From positions 13,764,001 through 13,828,000 of the forward strand of contig OZ249439.1 in the NCBI GenBank assembly GCA_965235115.1: 64,000 bases of DNA. The letters are read 5' to 3'. The position numbers and the translations under genes are program-made. This stretch comes from Laetmonice hystrix (lineage: Eukaryota). Shown here piece by piece: positions 43,301 to 54,312 of this stretch (its first letter is position 1; the number at the start of each line of letters is the position of its first letter). A model generated the notes under the pieces. The model ran no database searches, had not been told where the DNA came from, and worked only from the letters and a program-made list of their open reading frames with translations.

Positions 43301-46146
43301 GAGAGCCTCAGGGGGACCTTAGAGATCGTGACAGAGAGAACGGCACGCAGTCTGAGAGCCTCAGGGGGACCTCAGAGATCGTGACAGAGAGAATGGCACG
43401 CAGTCTGAGAGCCTCATGGAGACCTCAGAGATCGTGACAGAGAGCACGGCACGCAGTCTGAGAGCCTCAGGAGGACCTCAGAGATCGTGACAGAGAGCAC
43501 GGCACGCAGTCTGAGAGCCTCAGGAGGACCTCAGAGATCGTGACAGAGAGAACGGCACGCAGTCTGAGAGCCTCAGGGGGACCTCAGAGATCGTGACAGA
43601 GAGCATGGCACGCAGTCTGAGAGCCTCAGGGAGACCTCAGAGATCGTGACAGAGAGCATGGCACGCAGTCTGGAGGGAAACACCTGGTAACAGCTGTACC
43701 AGACTGGATAGAAAGAGATACCTATATGGTAACAGCTGTTCCCGACGGAAGGGAAACATACCTACCTGCTAACAACTGGGACATAAGGGTAAAGGTAGGT
43801 ACCTACCAGGTACTGGCTGTACCTGTAGAGGTCTAAGAAATTACCTGGGGTTACCAGCTATGCTGTTAGGGGCATAATATGACATCTACCGAGTAGGTAC
43901 ATCGCCCGTGATAACTAAAAACCCACGAAATTTGGTCGTAACTCAAGATCCATAGCCCTGACCTTATCCCTAACCCCTAACCCCGGTCCCTACACCTCCC
44001 AAAACATATCCCTATCCCTATTCCTGACCTTCAACGGAACCTCTGGCCAAAAAACTTGTGGGGAAGTTACCATGGGGGAATAACCACCGAAGAGCAGCTG
44101 TGCCAGATTGGACATAAAGAGGTATACCTACCGGGTGCCAGCTGTACTTGGTTTGATGAGGGCAGAACGAAGTCGGAATCACTGACAGCAGTACCATCCA
44201 ACACCTCCACAGCTGTAATCAGAGTAAGTACATCTCAGGATCAAGTCTGAAAATCAAAGTCACTGCCAACCTTGGAAATATATCCATCAATGTTCGGCTA
44301 GCTCCATTTGCCAATACCGCTATTTGCCTTTCCTGATGCATGCTTGCTGTTCTTGTCAATGTAGTGGCCAGGGTTATCTCTCGTGGGAACGTTAACATCC
44401 CTGGCTGGCAGACAGCCCTCACACGCAGTTAATCCCGTATCCTGCCTACTTCAGGGCACATTACGACCGCCAGCCCTCAAAATCCGCCCGCCCCCCTTCA
44501 CCGCCGGACCCGGCACCGTTCAGAGGGCGGTCGGCCGACCTGACATGACATCAATACGGGCCCAGGACATGAACAGAACCCAAACTCCCATGAGTTGGGC
44601 TCTCGGCTCTGGTCACGTATTGTCCTCGGACACATATTCAGTCAGGCCTAGCACCTACATCAGCCACGGACGTCACGAAACCTCACGGGCTCTTTGTGGG
44701 AAAAATCAAAGCAACAAGGCAATTTGCTCGCAACAATTTCAGCCAAGGTTGCATTCTTTATGGACTGGTTTTATTTGTCGTCAAAGAATCTTCATGGCAA
44801 CATTTTTAAGGTTCTGAGACACCTGACAGTCTGACCGCAGATTACGGTGGGGACATCTGGGTACGGATGTTAGTGATGGGGGGGGGGGGGGGGGGGGTCC
44901 GCCACAAAAGATTCTGAGGAATCCGCGTGCATGACAAGGTCCCTGCACCAAGTCTGCTTGTAAAGACCTGGAAATTTTTGATGGAATTTTATCCTTCATT
45001 TAAGAAGCAATGTTAACATGCAATGGTCACAAAGAAGTAATAAACATGATTGTCGATAAAAAAAACGGGTTTTATTGTGGAGATGTAATCTGGAGAATGT
45101 CAAGTACGTACTCCAGCTTCCAAGGTCATATTCCATGGTAGGTGCTACAACTTTCTCACCCAAGGAACAGCAACCTCTCTCCAGACTTTATACCATTTAA
45201 TTGCACTGACGACAGTCAAATAAACCTTGTCCTATTACTAAGATATTTGTACGTTTCTTACGTTAGACGGAAGTCCTGTTACCTTAAGAGATGTGGATAA
45301 TTGACAGATAATCAGCTCTCTGTCAAATCTATCTAAACATGCCGACTGCAAATCAAAAATTACTCTGCTCTTTCTTGACGGACATTGCCTCTCCCCCCTC
45401 AAATTAATTATTGATTATGTCATCATCGCCAGATTTGTGCCTGCTTCATAATACTGAACTATAATCTCTTTTCAGTTTCATCGGCCTGCCTTGTCGCGCG
45501 TGAACAGCCAGTGAAGGACCGACGGAAAAGAAATTTTTTCCTTCGAAATATCGTTGTCGTGACCTGTCATTTCAATGTGCACGGGAGACGCTTAATGGCT
45601 CATTTCCATCGCGTTCTTACATTATTTGAATCGAGAAAATAATTGGCCTTATTGTTAATCCTTAGGATCTGACATGCCAAAGGTCTACTACATCCGTGAA
45701 ATTGATCGATGTCTGAATAAAAAAAGGTTTATGTTGATCAATGATTTGTAAACGACAGAAGTTTGCATTGATAAATGACTTACAGATGAAAACAGTAAAG
45801 TTTTCTTGTTATTTACTGACAAAAGATCTGTTATATGAAGCACGGGTAACTAACTGTACAAAACCGAATTGTTTCCTCGAACTTTTTATTTCAGAGGACA
45901 AAACGACCAGATTTTTGAGTGCCAAGAATAAGTCGCAAGTCCATACGGGTTGAGTAATGGCTAAGGTGGGCAGGATGTACAGAAGTAGCGGTCACTTACT
46001 GACAAAGACTGTGTGGTCGAGGCAGCCTCTCCGTTTGATGGTGGCAGTAAGAATCTCCTTGCCCTCCTCCACGGTGAAGGTGTCCGCCTCCAGGGACAGC
46101 CAGGCCCAGCGCAGGTCTAACACCTGACCCTCGAGGACATTTCCTC
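24736..46146 (-). CDS. FREM2: FRAS1-related extracellular matrix protein 2/3-like (ECM3-like), 5'-incomplete, 22 exons, ~1457 aa
   Basis: All 22 exons have GT-AG boundaries and compatible phases. Lengths sum to 4373 nt (2 + 1457 codons including the stop). The peptide is colinear with recalled FREM2 sequence: five Calx-beta repeats (e.g. IDDSLYETDETF, RSSVRCFTRQGSA), GSRVQCVARAV, GAEPF, EKVFLCTG, TM helix, C-terminal PDZ motif. Orthology versus paralogy within the FREM family is not resolved. Confidence 0.93.
26509..26655 (-). CDS. FREM2: FREM2-like exon 21
   Basis: ccag|DRGAP...SADGFSLSAAPLFK|gtaaga; phase 0-0, 147 nt. Confidence 0.88.
27151..27338 (-). CDS. FREM2: FREM2-like exon 20
   Basis: gacag|DDVIY...NIEKVFLCTG...HSIKIL|gtaagg; phase 1-0, 188 nt. 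Confidence 0.92.
27632..27893 (-). CDS. FREM2: FREM2-like exon 19
   Basis: ctccag|VADYTCDYEMSMVPC...DVVFTA-G|gtaata; phase 0-1, 262 nt. Confidence 0.92.
29061..29293 (-). CDS. FREM2: FREM2-like exon 18
   Basis: gtgcag|GRLFPMK...RSDPTFSQPKQTWTFTSDVA|gtcagt; phase 1-0, 233 nt. Confidence 0.9.
29583..29839. repeat. 28-bp intronic minisatellite (~9 copies)
   Basis: Unit cgccatggacagggtctgacaggatctc. Starts about 17 nt from the exon-17 donor. Confidence 0.95.
29857..30049 (-). CDS. FREM2: FREM2-like exon 17
   Basis: ctgcag|VLNLMESFTTVHVPLYVSYIY...TFVYNSAILW...HPQ-G|gtaatt; phase 0-1, 193 nt. Confidence 0.93.
30238..30337 (-). CDS. FREM2: FREM2-like exon 16
   Basis: catcag|RSLDLESCTW...SELLAVCG...GQ|gtcagc; phase 2-0, 100 nt. 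Confidence 0.9.
30559..30856 (-). CDS. FREM2: FREM2-like exon 15
   Basis: gacag|DSGDEEHTNTILITVVIPHQDGLVPAVSTR...CSNLL...DFY-R|gtcagc; phase 1-2, 298 nt. Confidence 0.9.
31070..31234 (-). CDS. FREM2: FREM2-like exon 14
   Basis: ttgcag|GSRVQCVARAV...IGAEPFAASIKYE|gttcgt; phase 1-1, 165 nt. Confidence 0.93.
31391..31601 (-). CDS. FREM2: FREM2-like exon 13
   Basis: tgttag|ACDPRHPDF...ATLDSVFFGP|gtaaag; phase 0-1, 211 nt. Confidence 0.92.
31902..32079 (-). CDS. FREM2: FREM2-like exon 12
   Basis: cgttag|RMMVAD...ADVTFPAPPIVVSL...SGYPLVCVT|gtaaat; phase 2-0, 178 nt. Confidence 0.92.
33397..33505 (-). CDS. FREM2: FREM2-like exon 11 (Calx-beta 5, C-terminal half)
   Basis: tttcag|ELVFGPDVRTQIVEVEVLHDNVKELREAFSLLLTHD-R|gtacag; phase 1-2, 109 nt. 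Confidence 0.88.
33546..33710. other. Assembly gap (165 N)
   Basis: Run of N inside the intron between exons 10 and 11. Confidence 1.
34060..34242 (-). CDS. FREM2: FREM2-like exon 10 (Calx-beta 5, N-terminal half)
   Basis: gtgtag|KSVITFGETRLTVSEP...RVHTRDGTATAGEDYVGFSK|gtaggt; phase 1-1, 183 nt. Confidence 0.9.
34201..34925. repeat. 66-bp minisatellite (11 copies) spanning the exon-10 splice acceptor
   Basis: Sense unit gagcgtgtttgtttctgtggtgtag|AGTCAG(T/C)GATAACATTTGGTGAGACC(C)(G/A)GTTGACTGTG(A/G)TT. The last copy is the real intron/exon junction. Confidence 0.96.
35298..35462 (-). CDS. FREM2: FREM2-like exon 9
   Basis: cgctag|GQREAKCVVEVTADGIHEDDEQLHLVLG...ITDSAD|gtaggt; phase 1-1, 165 nt. 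Confidence 0.9.
35877..36074 (-). CDS. FREM2: FREM2-like exon 8
   Basis: tgacag|LPQMEF...RSSVRCFTRQGSA...DFTERPDTD...FQP|gtcagc; phase 1-1, 198 nt. Confidence 0.93.
36336..36545 (-). CDS. FREM2: FREM2-like exon 7
   Basis: gaccag|VGLDYVGV...LEGVKSLELVLTMPMNASLG...INDSSSD|gtaagt; phase 1-1, 210 nt. Confidence 0.92.
36853..37002 (-). CDS. FREM2: FREM2-like exon 6
   Basis: cttcag|EPVIYFGESSYHVDES...WRSGTDL...SVTVRSR...SAQ|gtagga; phase 1-1, 150 nt. Confidence 0.93.
39449..39697 (-). CDS. FREM2: FREM2-like exon 5
   Basis: cttcag|GTAVGTVP...SDYITRP...VIDDSLYETDETF...DLAD|gtgagc; phase 1-1, 249 nt. Confidence 0.94.
40417..40542 (-). CDS. FREM2: FREM2-like exon 4
   Basis: tttcag|ESVVSTG...IPLVRTGDVSNELQVICHTHN|gtatct; phase 1-1, 126 nt. 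Confidence 0.9.
40677..40826 (-). CDS. FREM2: FREM2-like exon 3
   Basis: atgcag|GETEKAWRVVLISDGIYEATEYF...ATVTINDIHD|gttagt; phase 1-1, 150 nt. Confidence 0.92.
41554..42210. repeat. 31-bp intronic minisatellite (~21 copies)
   Basis: Unit gccagtctctcagattgccaactctgtacgt, with interspersed variant units. Confidence 0.95.
42560..43672. repeat. 53-bp intronic minisatellite (~21 copies)
   Basis: Unit gacagagagcatggcacgcagtctgagagcctcagggggacctcagagatcgt. Confidence 0.96.
44132..44212 (-). CDS. FREM2: FREM2-like exon 2 (Calx-beta 1 middle)
   Basis: ttacag|TVEVLDGTAVSDSDFVLPSSNQVQLAP|gtaggt; phase 1-1, 81 nt. Corresponds to the GTA..DF...QVQF.PG segment of FREM2. Confidence 0.85.
46000..46146 (-). 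CDS. FREM2: FREM2-like exon 1 of those identified (start of Calx-beta 1)
   Basis: ctacag|GGNVLEGQVLDLRWAWLSLE...KRRGCLDHTVFV|gtaagt; phase 1-1, 147 nt. Matches the GGN...WAWISFE...KRRG segment of FREM2. Confidence 0.9.
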
Positions 46147-49100
46147 CTGTAGACGAAACCAATCGTTACACACCATTATGACAATACGTATGACTTCTAG
46201 AGGGGAAGACGTAGAGGGCTGAAACATCATAGTCTGAGCAACGCTCCCCTGGAGGTGCCCATAGAAATCAGACAGAATTCACATCAAGGGTAAAAAGTTC
46301 TACTGCAGTAAATGTCGCTTTGACGTGCTGCCTCCGTCAGTCTCGCTGATGGCCTCTGCCCAGTGCAGATCTACACTGCCATCGTCTCATTAATTCCACA
46401 GCCAAGATGTGACACAGAAAATAATACAGTATAGATAACGTATGTATCAAAGGATGGCAATCCATACCCTGACTGTGCTATTTCGGAAACAATGACAGAT
46501 ATTGCTATGTACTGGCCGTCAGTTTGAATTGGGTTATAAAAGTCATTGCCCTGTGTAATCGTCTACCGAGCACCACATAGAAGCCATGAGAAACCGTCTG
46601 TGTAAATTATATCCGTCTTTTTATATTCTTTTTAAGACGCCTCTATGAATTTATATATGTGCCAGTCTCTGTTACGCGTTCTGTACTTAGCGGTAGTATT
46701 GCACCCTTTTCACCCCTGGCAAATTGCTGCATTCCCGATCAGCACAAGGTCCATTAGAGAGAGGAACTGATGCCAGCAGTCACTGTGTATGTGGATGGGA
46801 GTTGGCAGTCCCACATGGCGGTTACCTCCGAGGATTTCTCCGACAACCACAAACAGATGACCTTCTGGTCCCCTCCCGGTGGACCCATCCGGACCCCAAA
46901 CCTGTCCCACCGACCACCACGACAGTCTAACGACTTCACATGACGTCAGATAATAACATGGTTTGTATATACACGTTACCGACTCGTGGCTTCCAATATC
47001 AATGACAGTAAATCACACCCGACTTCAGACAATAGGGACAATCTACGGAAATACTGCCGCCTTAACAACAATGGCCAGATGGTGAACATGACAAATGGGC
47101 AATAATGTTCAACATATCAGGCTCAGCTGGCTTGTCCAATGTCTGGCCTTCATACGATGTTGTCATTTCTCTCCGCCATTCACCCACTTGTCACCAAACT
47201 GCTCATATTTCATATGAGACACAAGAATGACGTCATCACAAAGATCTGTCTAAGATTACATAATGGCGCGATTATTGGCGATAACGTTGAGTGAAATAAC
47301 CATGTCGATAGATCTTAACGTGAGGAGCAGACGAACCGAAGACGACTGGTACGACGACCGCCCCCTCCCCCTCCATCCCCGGGGGCAGGTCTCGGCGCGC
47401 TCTTAACACCAAGCCCGATCTCCTCGCCCGCTGTTAACCTAATTAAAGGCCAAGCGCTGTGCTGACCGCGGGCGGACGGGCTGGCCGGTCGGAGGTCTCT
47501 TGGATCCGGCCTGGCTCAGCAGTGGTTAGCAATCCACCTGGCGGACAAATAAACCCCTCTGATAATGTGGCTCGCGTGAGAGGGGTAATCGCGGGTAGTG
47601 GGAGAAGCATTACGGTAAGCTTAATGGCACATAAAGCCCGCCCGAAGTGAGCAGCCTTTATTTGGGCACTTAATGTGCTGTTAATGATAAGAAGCCGCGA
47701 GGCGGCCACGTCTCATCCTTCATTGTCCGCTAACAGCAGATGACACCGATGACACCCATCTATGTATGCAAACAGCTGGGAGATGTATGGTTCCGCCAGG
47801 GGGTGAGGGCCCAAACTCTGGTTACCAGGCCACCCTGGTTATACCCGCCTCGTCATGGCAACCATTGTATGACGTACACCTACGTCACAAATAACTAACC
47901 ATTGTTATTGATTTCCCTTCATAACACCATGTTGTCTTTATTTCCACTTATCAGCCGGACAATGACATCCACCGTTTTATCCGTTTCCTATGGACATAAT
48001 TATATATTTCCAGAAAACGTACGTAAGAATGGTAGCCATCCAAAGATTACGATCCTTCGTCGAGATTTTCAATACGAATATTCTGATTCACTTATCTGTT
48101 GACTTACATAAATACTATCTAGTCTATATAACATTAGGACTTTCTCTGACAGAAACAACTAGCGGCTTTGCTTGATTAAGATTATGGCCACAGGTGAATT
48201 GCTTGATGTCACAACGATCACAATGTTCTCTGACAGTTGCAAACCTGTTGAAAAGCTGACATCAGGAAAGCCAGTTGACGTCTAAGGAACAAGGTGTCGA
48301 ATTCCTGCTGTCGCCATCATCGTCATCATAGTAAACGTGTAGTATTCATATATAACTACCCAACACAGACAGTACGTGCTGTTGTTGCCATGGCGATATG
48401 TACATGAGTAGTTAGATATGCAGAGGCTGAGAGAGGTTATGTCCATTTGGGAGTGAAATGTTGAGGTGTTCCGTGTCATTTTGGGCCACATGGGGCCACG
48501 TAATGCGATCACAGATCTCTTATTGGTTGCCATATCACAACTCCACTCTCTACCAGCCTCTCCTTCCGTTCGACTGCCACATCCCATCACTGCAGGAATT
48601 ACAACCGTACGACGTTCAGTCAACGTCGCCAGGGCGTGGGCAGGCTTGGACTGCCCGGGGGGGGGGGGGCACATTCTGATAACCACTGATATGTCAACTA
48701 CCTCTATGTCACAGCATTCCAATGAGTGGGCATCTCTTCTGTGGGAACGGCGGAGGGGATGGGGTCGACCGTCACCGTGAACCTGGCATCACACTAGGGT
48801 TTGAAAAACGTCAAGTAATCAGCTACAAATGAACTATCATTGAACTATGCATAATGTGGATATTTTCTTGTTAAACTCTAACACATGTGCCTAGGCCTAC
48901 ATGTTAACGGTAACATGTTGGTTTAGGATTGGGTGCAGTACAGGACCAGCGGTCAAGTTGTCCTCCGTTAGTATACCAGGGAATGCCGTCCACGTCAGTG
49001 TCACTCTGTGCAGTGTGCAGTACGACAGCAAATTGTTTGACATAGTAGGATACCATATCAATGACGTCTATATAAATGACGTCACAATCACGTTAGTCAC

Positions 49101-51226
49101 TAACTTGATCACACACCGATCGTGTTATGTATTGTGTACCAGCCCCATTCTCCAGGAGGCGGGGTTCACTACGACACTCTGACTATAGGCGGTTCGTGAT
49201 TGAGTCAGCCCTCCCTTCCATCATTACTCATGCTAATTCGTCCATTGTCACGTTTGTCAGACTGCCTGATAACGTTCTCGGCGTGGGACTAGCCAATTAA
49301 CAATCAACAGGATTGACGGGGCCATCATAAGTCGACCAGCCACGGAATCACAATGAGTTATTCCCGCCATCACCATACATAGGGACATTATAATGTAATC
49401 AGTCAGTGAACGTTGTGTCCCTGTGCGGGGAGGTCTGAGGGAATCCACGTGCATGGAACAGTCACGTCACGGCAGGTGGAAGGGCAGGGGCAGAGGGACA
49501 AACGCTGGGGGCGGGGTGGGATGCCGCTGGGAAAATACGATGACATTAAATGAGGGTGTTGTTGCACACCCTGAACGATTTTGTAGCCTATTTCCACTGG
49601 AGTGTCAACGTCTGCCCCCTGCAAAACTCCCTGATCAGTCCTGCTTCCAGTTAATTTATTAGACAGATCTGCAAAGATACCACGTTTCATCCGCCCATAC
49701 TGGGATTTGCCTTTGACCTTCGGACCCAATGATTTTATCTGAGTGATAAACCCTACATGTACCAGCCTCCTGGCGGTGGGAATGGCAAACATTCGGGACC
49801 TAACATTGAATGGGGTATTCTGCCGGAAGTCGCCAACGAACGGTCAACTCTGACCCTCAACCACCACGACCTGGCTCGCTTATTTCCCAAGTTGTCTCCC
49901 GAATTCGTCACTCGCTTGCGGTGTCACACCGAAGGTCGGTATAAAGCTGCAACTGGTTTTCCAAATGATGGCTTCAAATCGTGCGGGAATGGCGCTTAGC
50001 TGGCGCTTCTAGCGTCGGCTGGCATGGAGAGCGGCATCCGTTAATTCCCCGCGTTCCGAAGATATGCCAAAGGTTCTGGGTGAGCTGGCAAAAGATCTGC
50101 AGCTCTCTCATAAAAACGAGAACGCCAGTGATCCTGAAACCCTGGGTCTATCTGTCAGTGATGCAGGACTCCTATACACCACGATATTCAGTTAATCTGG
50201 CAACTCAGAGCCATGCCAATGGACTCAATAAGGGACTAAAAATTAACTCACGAAGCGGAAGTAGGGAGAGGGTGAAACCACAACCCTCAGTTTTGGTCTC
50301 TCGGGAAATCAGTGAAAACTTGGCTTTTTACATCAACACACAATACACTACAATATCTCTTGATTGTCATGAAAACACAAAGGACCGACGCAAGGTAAAA
50401 CGATGAATAACCTATACATAACTTACGTCAGCAAGTAATCTAATAACTTGAATCCCCCAACCAGTGTTTAATGGAGCCATTATCCTTTGGTTGATGCCGA
50501 GGAAACCTGACAGGGGAACATTGCCGCTCTCTTTGTTCTGGTCTACGATACGAACACTTTAACTACGGATCAACCAACACCTTCGTCAGCGACAGCCATC
50601 CCCTGGATAACAGCTACAAATAAACTACTGAAAACAGAACAACCGTACAAATTGAAGACGACAGTGGGCGAGTGTAGTAACACAACGACCGTCTTGTAAC
50701 ACCAACTCTATAAGAACCACGCACTTCTCATGCATTACCTCGATTGCCAAGGGTCAAAAACCAACGACACAAATCAGTTGTTTGTTTTACCAAACCTTAC
50801 TGTGAATTGTCAGTACCGAAAAAAGGGCGGGAGAGTGTGGCGACGGACCGAGATGTTGTGTGTGTTTAGTCTGTTCCACACTGCCGGTACTTACAGGTGT
50901 CACGGGAGGCGGGGATCGCCTGAGGGTCAATATATAAACAGAATGTAAGAGGGTGAATTTACAATAACCATGGTTTCTGAAAGGTTGGACAGGACTGCTA
51001 TGGAAGGCTGCAGGGATCAAAAACTACTATCTGAGATTTACCAATCAGCAAATACGAGTGTACTGTTCAAACCCTTCTTGTGAGAGCCTAACGACATCCA
51101 GATAACATATTAGAAAGGACATCGTGTATGAATACGTTGCTCTTCAGAGTGTTTAGTTAAGTTCCCCTCGAGGGTGAACGTTACATATAGCCACGATCAT
51201 TCTGATTCCAGATGGTCACATGTAGT

Positions 51227-51370
51227 TGGTGTATAACGCTGAGTCAGCAGTATTTCAGCTATATCAGGGCGAGAACAAGGTAACTAACTCAGTCGGTGAC
51301 ATCTATTGTGTGGTAATGATGAGATGATAGGAAGAAACCCGAACACAGGGGCGAACCGGAAGGAGATGGA
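51227..51370 (-). mobile_element. Possible degenerate SINE remnant
   Basis: ttggtgtataacgctgagtcagcagtatttcagctatatcagggcg ... ggaagaaacccg resembles, from memory only, the reverse complement of invertebrate tRNA-derived SINE bodies. No intact A/B boxes seen. Confidence 0.3.
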
Positions 51371-51629
51371 ACATCATAACGCCACTCAAAATAATGAACA
51401 CCTTAGAAAATATTGACGGCTGATGGGCCTCCATCTCTGAGAGATACGTGTGTGTGTAGAAACCAGACTTTGTGTGCACACATCAATATCATCCGCACAC
51501 ATGGCGAGTACCACCATGTCCGTGCCATATTTGCGGACTCTGATGTTACCTGAGTTTTACAACCTATCGTTAGTTTGTCTTATCGAATTCTCAATGGGGA
51601 TTTTAACAGAGGATATGTGAACGGCGGGA

Positions 51630-52241
51630 GTACCGGTGGGCCATGTAGTGGCTGGTTACGGTAACCCTGTGTACCGGTGGGCCATGTAGTGGCTGGTTAC
51701 GGTAACCCTGTGTACCGCTGGGCCATGTAGTGGCTGGTTACGGTAACCCTGTGAACCGCTGGGCCATGTAGTGGCTGGTTACGGTAACCCTGTGTATCGC
51801 TGGGCCATGCAGTAGCTGATTACGGTAACCCTGTGAACCGCTGGGCCATGCAGTGGCTGGTTACGGTAACCCTGTGTACCGGTGGGCCATGCAGTGGCTG
51901 GTTACGGTAACCCTGTGTACCGCTGGGCCATGTAGTGGCTGGTTACGGTAACCCTGTGAACCGCTGGGCCATGCAGTGGCTGGTTACGGTAACCCTGTGA
52001 ACCGCTGGGCCATGCAGTGGCTGGTTACGGTAACCCTGTGAACCGCTGGGCCATGCAGTGGCTGGTTACGGTAACCATGTCTACGCTGGGCCATGCAGTG
52101 GCTGATTACGGTAACCCTGTGAACCGCTGGGCCATGCAGTGGCTGGTTACGGTAACCCTGTGAACCGCTGGGCCATGTAGTGGCTGGTTACGGTCACCCT
52201 GTGAACCGCTGGGCCATGTAGTGGCTGGTTACGGTAACCCT
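51630..52241. repeat. 41-bp minisatellite (~15 copies) with internal palindrome
   Basis: Unit gtaccggtgggccatgtagtggctggttacggtaaccctgt, containing ggttac-g-gtaacc. Confidence 0.96.
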
Positions 52242-54252
52242 CGAGGTCTCTATAATCAGCACATCGGATGTGCAGCAGACGGATTAGATCTCTGTTTTCA
52301 CATTGCACCAATTCTACTGTTTTCTATCATATCCGCTTTACCACGTTCCAGTATGATTACTGAGCGATTTATGCAAGTCATGCAATATTTAATCAAATGG
52401 AAATCTGACTTACATTCAATGATAACATGCTTTATTCTCCGAGATTAGATTTACTTTTCGGCCGATAAAGACCAGGCACTTAGACCCTCCCCTTAGCGGT
52501 TCTCCAGCCGCTATTATTTAAAGTGTTTCGCTATAGAAAATACATATTGGCATCTGCATAAGTGCCCGGAGCCGGCTTACAGACATGTCCACCACCAGTT
52601 TGTCCCCATGAGGTTCGTCAAAACGCCAGACAAGGCTCTCCCGCATCCAAACCTTCCGTACATTTACAACCGTCTCAATGGCACGGCACAGGGTATTTAT
52701 GAGGTCATTAGAGAACACGTTGGAACACATCCGGTACTTTCTAGTGGAGGATGAGTGAAAAACTCCACGTAATAATGTGAAACTTAAGGTTGATGTAAGC
52801 AGGTCGGGGTCGGGGCTGACGGTCGCCGGTCTCGGTGGGGGGACGGGGTCAGGAAGGTACACGACTTCTGACACAAACCGGAATCTATGACTACTCCACA
52901 CGTTATAACACTCACCGGCATACCCTCTGTTAGTTTTGTGTACTCAGAGTAAAAAGTGGTTGAATGTTTATAGACACACATTGTAGATCTGCAGCTTTCT
53001 TTCATACAAAAGTGCAACAGAAATCACGACGACCATCCATGAGGGACGTAAAGATCCTCATATCAAGCATTGTCTTCGACATACTATTGTCTGATCACAC
53101 ATCAGGTGAAGAAAGTCTCCAACGGTCATTACTCCATCTGCGGACTTTCGATCTTTCGCATGCCAACTGCTAAATATTGTCTTTCTCTTGGGTTTGTCCC
53201 GATGACAAGGCCTGGGTTGATGACAGGTAGCACTTCCAGCCAACGGGTCCGTTACTGCTGACTGCCTCCCAACCCGTACTGGGTACAAATATTAGGACGA
53301 ATACTTCTCAGCACCCGATACTTTCATTACTTTATACCTTCACCTTTCTAGCTGTCATTGCTTACACGTGACCTATTACATTGTCTTCTCCTACATCAAA
53401 TTAAGCATCCACGGTCAGCGACAGTACGATTTTTACCACCATGAATTGGGTAATTATAGAGTGAGGCGTAGAAACTCCCCCTGGTGGGGGAGGCCCGCAC
53501 CCATGCCGTCTGACGTACCATAAATCACTGATGAGTCTGACGCGCACATTGTAAGCCAGTCAAGAAAACGTCTCCAAGTCGGAGAGATACTCGCAGCGAG
53601 AACACGGCCCGTAATGACAGCTTTATCCCGCGGCCGTGTTCGGCATGTCATGCAGGCGGGGTTGTTGATCTGTCAAACATGAGCAGTTACTAATACATTT
53701 GTCATAACGAATTGACGACGCAATTGATCAAGAGGGTTTAGCAGGCAGATGCTGCTCCCACTAAACCGTGCCTGAATCCAAGCAGCCGTTGACAATATTG
53801 TAAGATTAATGTGAATAAAAAACGCAAGAATTAAGCTAGCTGACTGTAAGCTGTGTGTGCCGATAAACTGTGACGTAAGCCTTAGCTGTAAAACGGTCAC
53901 CGTGCCTGTCACCCGGCGGGATCTGACTCTGTCAGACGCCGTCACCCCAGTATCCTCCTCGACCTCCCACAGTCCTCATCGCACTCACCCCAACCGCCCG
54001 CCATGACGTCAATGTTTTGCCAATTCCGTTGGACAGTTGTTACGATATCAGCTACACTCCATTTAGCTGCATTCATTACTTGTCTACCAGCCTGGAACAA
54101 GAAGAAATTACCATGGAAGAGTGTAGAGCCATGATTTTCAGGCTTCATGAAGACGTGGTGCATGGTTATCCGATAAGACCTGATGGCCATTTATTTCAAA
54201 TACTCTCATTCACTTGGTCGCTTAATGTGGACCGGCAGTTTGGATGGCATAC

Positions 54253-54312
54253 CAAGTGTTTTCTTCACTGTAAAGAGGAAACTGTGGTCTGAGAATTGCG
54301 GGGTCGGACTGT
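54253..54312 (-). CDS. Candidate upstream FREM2-like exon (end of last CSPG repeat)
   Basis: atatag|DSPTPQFSDHSFLFTVKKTL-G|gtatgc; phase 1-1, 60 nt. Weak similarity to the SD.F.F.V...G motif that precedes GGN in FREM2. The acceptor may lie further upstream. Confidence 0.35.

Noticed and set aside
43968-43984. ccctaaccctaacc telomere-like repeat
   Set aside because: Only about 2.5 units; expected by chance or slippage.
46710-46939. Possible extra exon (…HLFVVVGEILG|gtaacc)
   Set aside because: Its frame requires a phase-2 acceptor with no matching upstream exon, and similarity to FREM proteins is negligible.
51630-52241. CRISPR-like appearance of the palindromic arrays
   Set aside because: Units are contiguous with no unique spacers, there are no cas genes, and the context is eukaryotic and intron-containing.
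52518-52901. 127-aa minus-strand ORF after an acceptor-like site
   Set aside because: No recognisable domain, and no convincing phase-1 donor to join the FREM-like frame.
53526-53575. CTGATGAG...GAAA hammerhead-like core
   Set aside because: Stem II does not close with the required pairing and stems I/III are absent; other CTGATGA sites were checked with the same result.
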